From: Escherichia coli
GTDB taxonomy: Bacteria > Pseudomonadota > Gammaproteobacteria > Enterobacterales > Enterobacteriaceae
Strand: one strand, 5' to 3'
DNA length: 549 bases
Assembly (NCBI RefSeq): GCF_003334305.1
Contig: NZ_QOWS01000074.1
The position numbers and the translations under genes were made by a program. A model generated the notes under the pieces. The model ran no database searches and was not told the DNA's origin. It was given only the letters and a program-made list of their open reading frames with translations. Shown here piece after piece: positions 1 through 549 of the stretch; positions within the stretch are counted from its first letter, which is position 1, and every line of letters starts with the position of its first letter.

Positions 1-549
1 ATATCACCGGACGGTAAACGCAGCACCATCGAATATGATAAACGCGGGCGTCCGGTGAGTGTGACGGAAGGCGGTCTGACGCGCAGCATGGGGTATGACG
101 CTGCCGGGCGCATCACTGTGCTGACCAACGAGAACGGCAGCCAGTCCACGTTCCGGTATGACCCGGTCGACAGGCTGACGGAGCAGCGCGGCTTTGACGG
201 CCGGACGCAACGTTACCAGTATGACCTGACCGGAAAACTCACGCAGAGTGAAGATGAGGGGCTTATCACCCTCTGGCATTACGATGCGTCGGACCGTATC
301 ACCCGGCGCACGGTGAACGGTGAACCGGCGGAGCAGTGGCAGTATGACGACCACGGCTGGCTGACAGAAATCAGCCACCTGAGTGAAGGCCACCGTGTGG
401 CGGTCCACTACGGCTATGACGATAAAGGCCGTCTGACGGGCGAACGGCAGACTGACGGAGAAGACGGACCGCATCCCGACGGGTGTGATACGGACGGACG
501 ACGAGCGGACCCACCACTACCACTACGACAGCCAGCACCGCCTGGTGTT
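1..549 (+). CDS. Rhs-family YD-repeat protein, internal fragment of the conserved core; both ends lie outside the window. Frame 1 for 1-450, Rhs reading continues in frame 2 from about 452, so the gene is frame-disrupted and possibly a pseudogene or deletion remnant.
   Basis: Frame 1 translation of 1-450 has no stop: [150 protein letters not shown]. It carries repeated xYxYDxxGR(L/I)T motifs, the YD-repeat signature. Frame 2 translation of 437-547 is [37 protein letters not shown], which I recognise from memory as a segment of the E. coli RhsA-type core. High G+C (about 61%) is typical of Rhs cores. Assignment to a specific paralog (rhsA/B/C/D) is not possible from this fragment. Confidence 0.88.
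   Translation, partial: MSPDGKRSTIEYDKRGRPVSVTEGGLTRSMGYDAAGRITVLTNENGSQSTFRYDPVDRLTEQRGFDGRTQRYQYDLTGKLTQSEDEGLITLWHYDASDRITRRTVNGEPAEQWQYDDHGWLTEISHLSEGHRVAVHYGYDDKGRLTGERQTDGEDGPHPDGCDTDGRRADPPLPLRQPAPPGV
31..547 (+). repeat. Array of eight degenerate YD-repeat units (coding repeats, period about 60-63 nt; last unit in frame 2)
   Basis: Y-D dipeptide codons at 34-39 (EYD), 94-99 (GYD), 157-162 (RYD), 220-225 (QYD), 280-285 (HYD), 343-348 (QYD), 415-420 (GYD) in frame 1 and 524-529 (HYD) in frame 2. Spacing of the first six intervals is 60-63 nt. Most units are followed by G/D-R/K-(L/I)-T. The hexamer tatgac recurs five times at nucleotide level. Confidence 0.85.
433..458 (+). other. Frame-shift / out-of-register repeat junction within the Rhs core (frame 1 to frame 2)
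   Basis: Direct 7-nt repeat ctgacgg at 433-439 and 452-458, offset by 19 nt (19 mod 3 = 1). The 19-mers 421-439 (gataaaggccgtctgacgg) and 440-458 (gcgaacggcagactgacgg) match at 14 of 19 positions. Frame 2 has TGA at 434-436 and then reads [12 protein letters not shown]. Frame 1 reads GRLTGERQ and then loses all YD-repeat character. Confidence 0.6.

Noticed and set aside
88-90. ATG at 88-90 (with a weak purine-rich stretch ggaagg at 67-72) as a translation start
   Set aside because: The frame is open upstream to the window edge and this Met falls in the middle of a YD unit (SMGYD). It is an internal methionine, not a start.
437-458. Programmed +1 ribosomal frameshift at the frame switch
   Set aside because: No slippery heptamer or recognisable stimulatory element at the site. 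The pattern (duplicated ctgacgg, 19-nt offset) is better explained by a recombination or deletion junction or an indel.
4-474. Minus-strand ORF of 156 aa from the supplied ORF track ([14 protein letters not shown]...)
   Set aside because: It is antisense to a clearly coding Rhs YD-repeat region. GC-rich, stop-poor repeat sequence routinely yields long antisense ORFs. The product is Arg/Ala/Val-rich with no recognisable motif, and its ATG (reverse complement of 472-474) lies inside the junction region. Treated as a spurious ORF.
515-526. Tandem hexamer cactac-cactac
   Set aside because: It simply encodes the HYHY of the conserved HHYHYD motif of the Rhs core and is not an independent repeat element.
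31-547. Periodic repeats about 60 nt apart as a possible CRISPR array or non-coding tandem repeat
   Set aside because: The periodicity is at protein level (YD units) with only degenerate nucleotide identity, no conserved direct repeat/spacer structure, and a continuous open reading frame.
451-549. Frame 1 continuation past the junction ([33 protein letters not shown]) as genuine coding sequence
   Set aside because: It has no YD-repeat character, while frame 2 over the same bases encodes a canonical Rhs segment. Openness of frame 1 is expected by chance in GC-rich sequence over 33 codons.
1-549. Promoter, RBS, terminator or mobile-element ends
   Set aside because: The whole window is internal to one coding region. 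No convincing -35/-10, Shine-Dalgarno plus start, stem-loop/T-tract terminator or inverted repeats were seen.

Overview
This 549-bp window (about 61% G+C; my hand count is 337 of 549) lies entirely inside the conserved core of an Rhs-family YD-repeat gene on the + strand, of the enterobacterial RhsA-D type. Rhs proteins are a well-described polymorphic-toxin family, so I do not see an undescribed system here. Frame 1 is open across the whole window and encodes seven consecutive YD-repeat units from 1 to about 450. From about 437-452 onward the recognisable Rhs reading is in frame 2 instead ([33 protein letters not shown], 452-547), and frame 2 is closed just upstream by a TGA at 434-436. The core is therefore frame-disrupted within roughly 437-458. 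The most likely explanation is an out-of-register join between two core segments that are normally far apart (internal deletion, Rhs remnant or pseudogene); a sequencing or assembly artefact in this repeat-rich gene is the alternative. No start, stop, promoter, RBS, terminator, RNA gene, CRISPR array or mobile-element end is visible. The minus-strand ORF in the supplied track (4..474) is antisense to the Rhs repeats and I consider it spurious.
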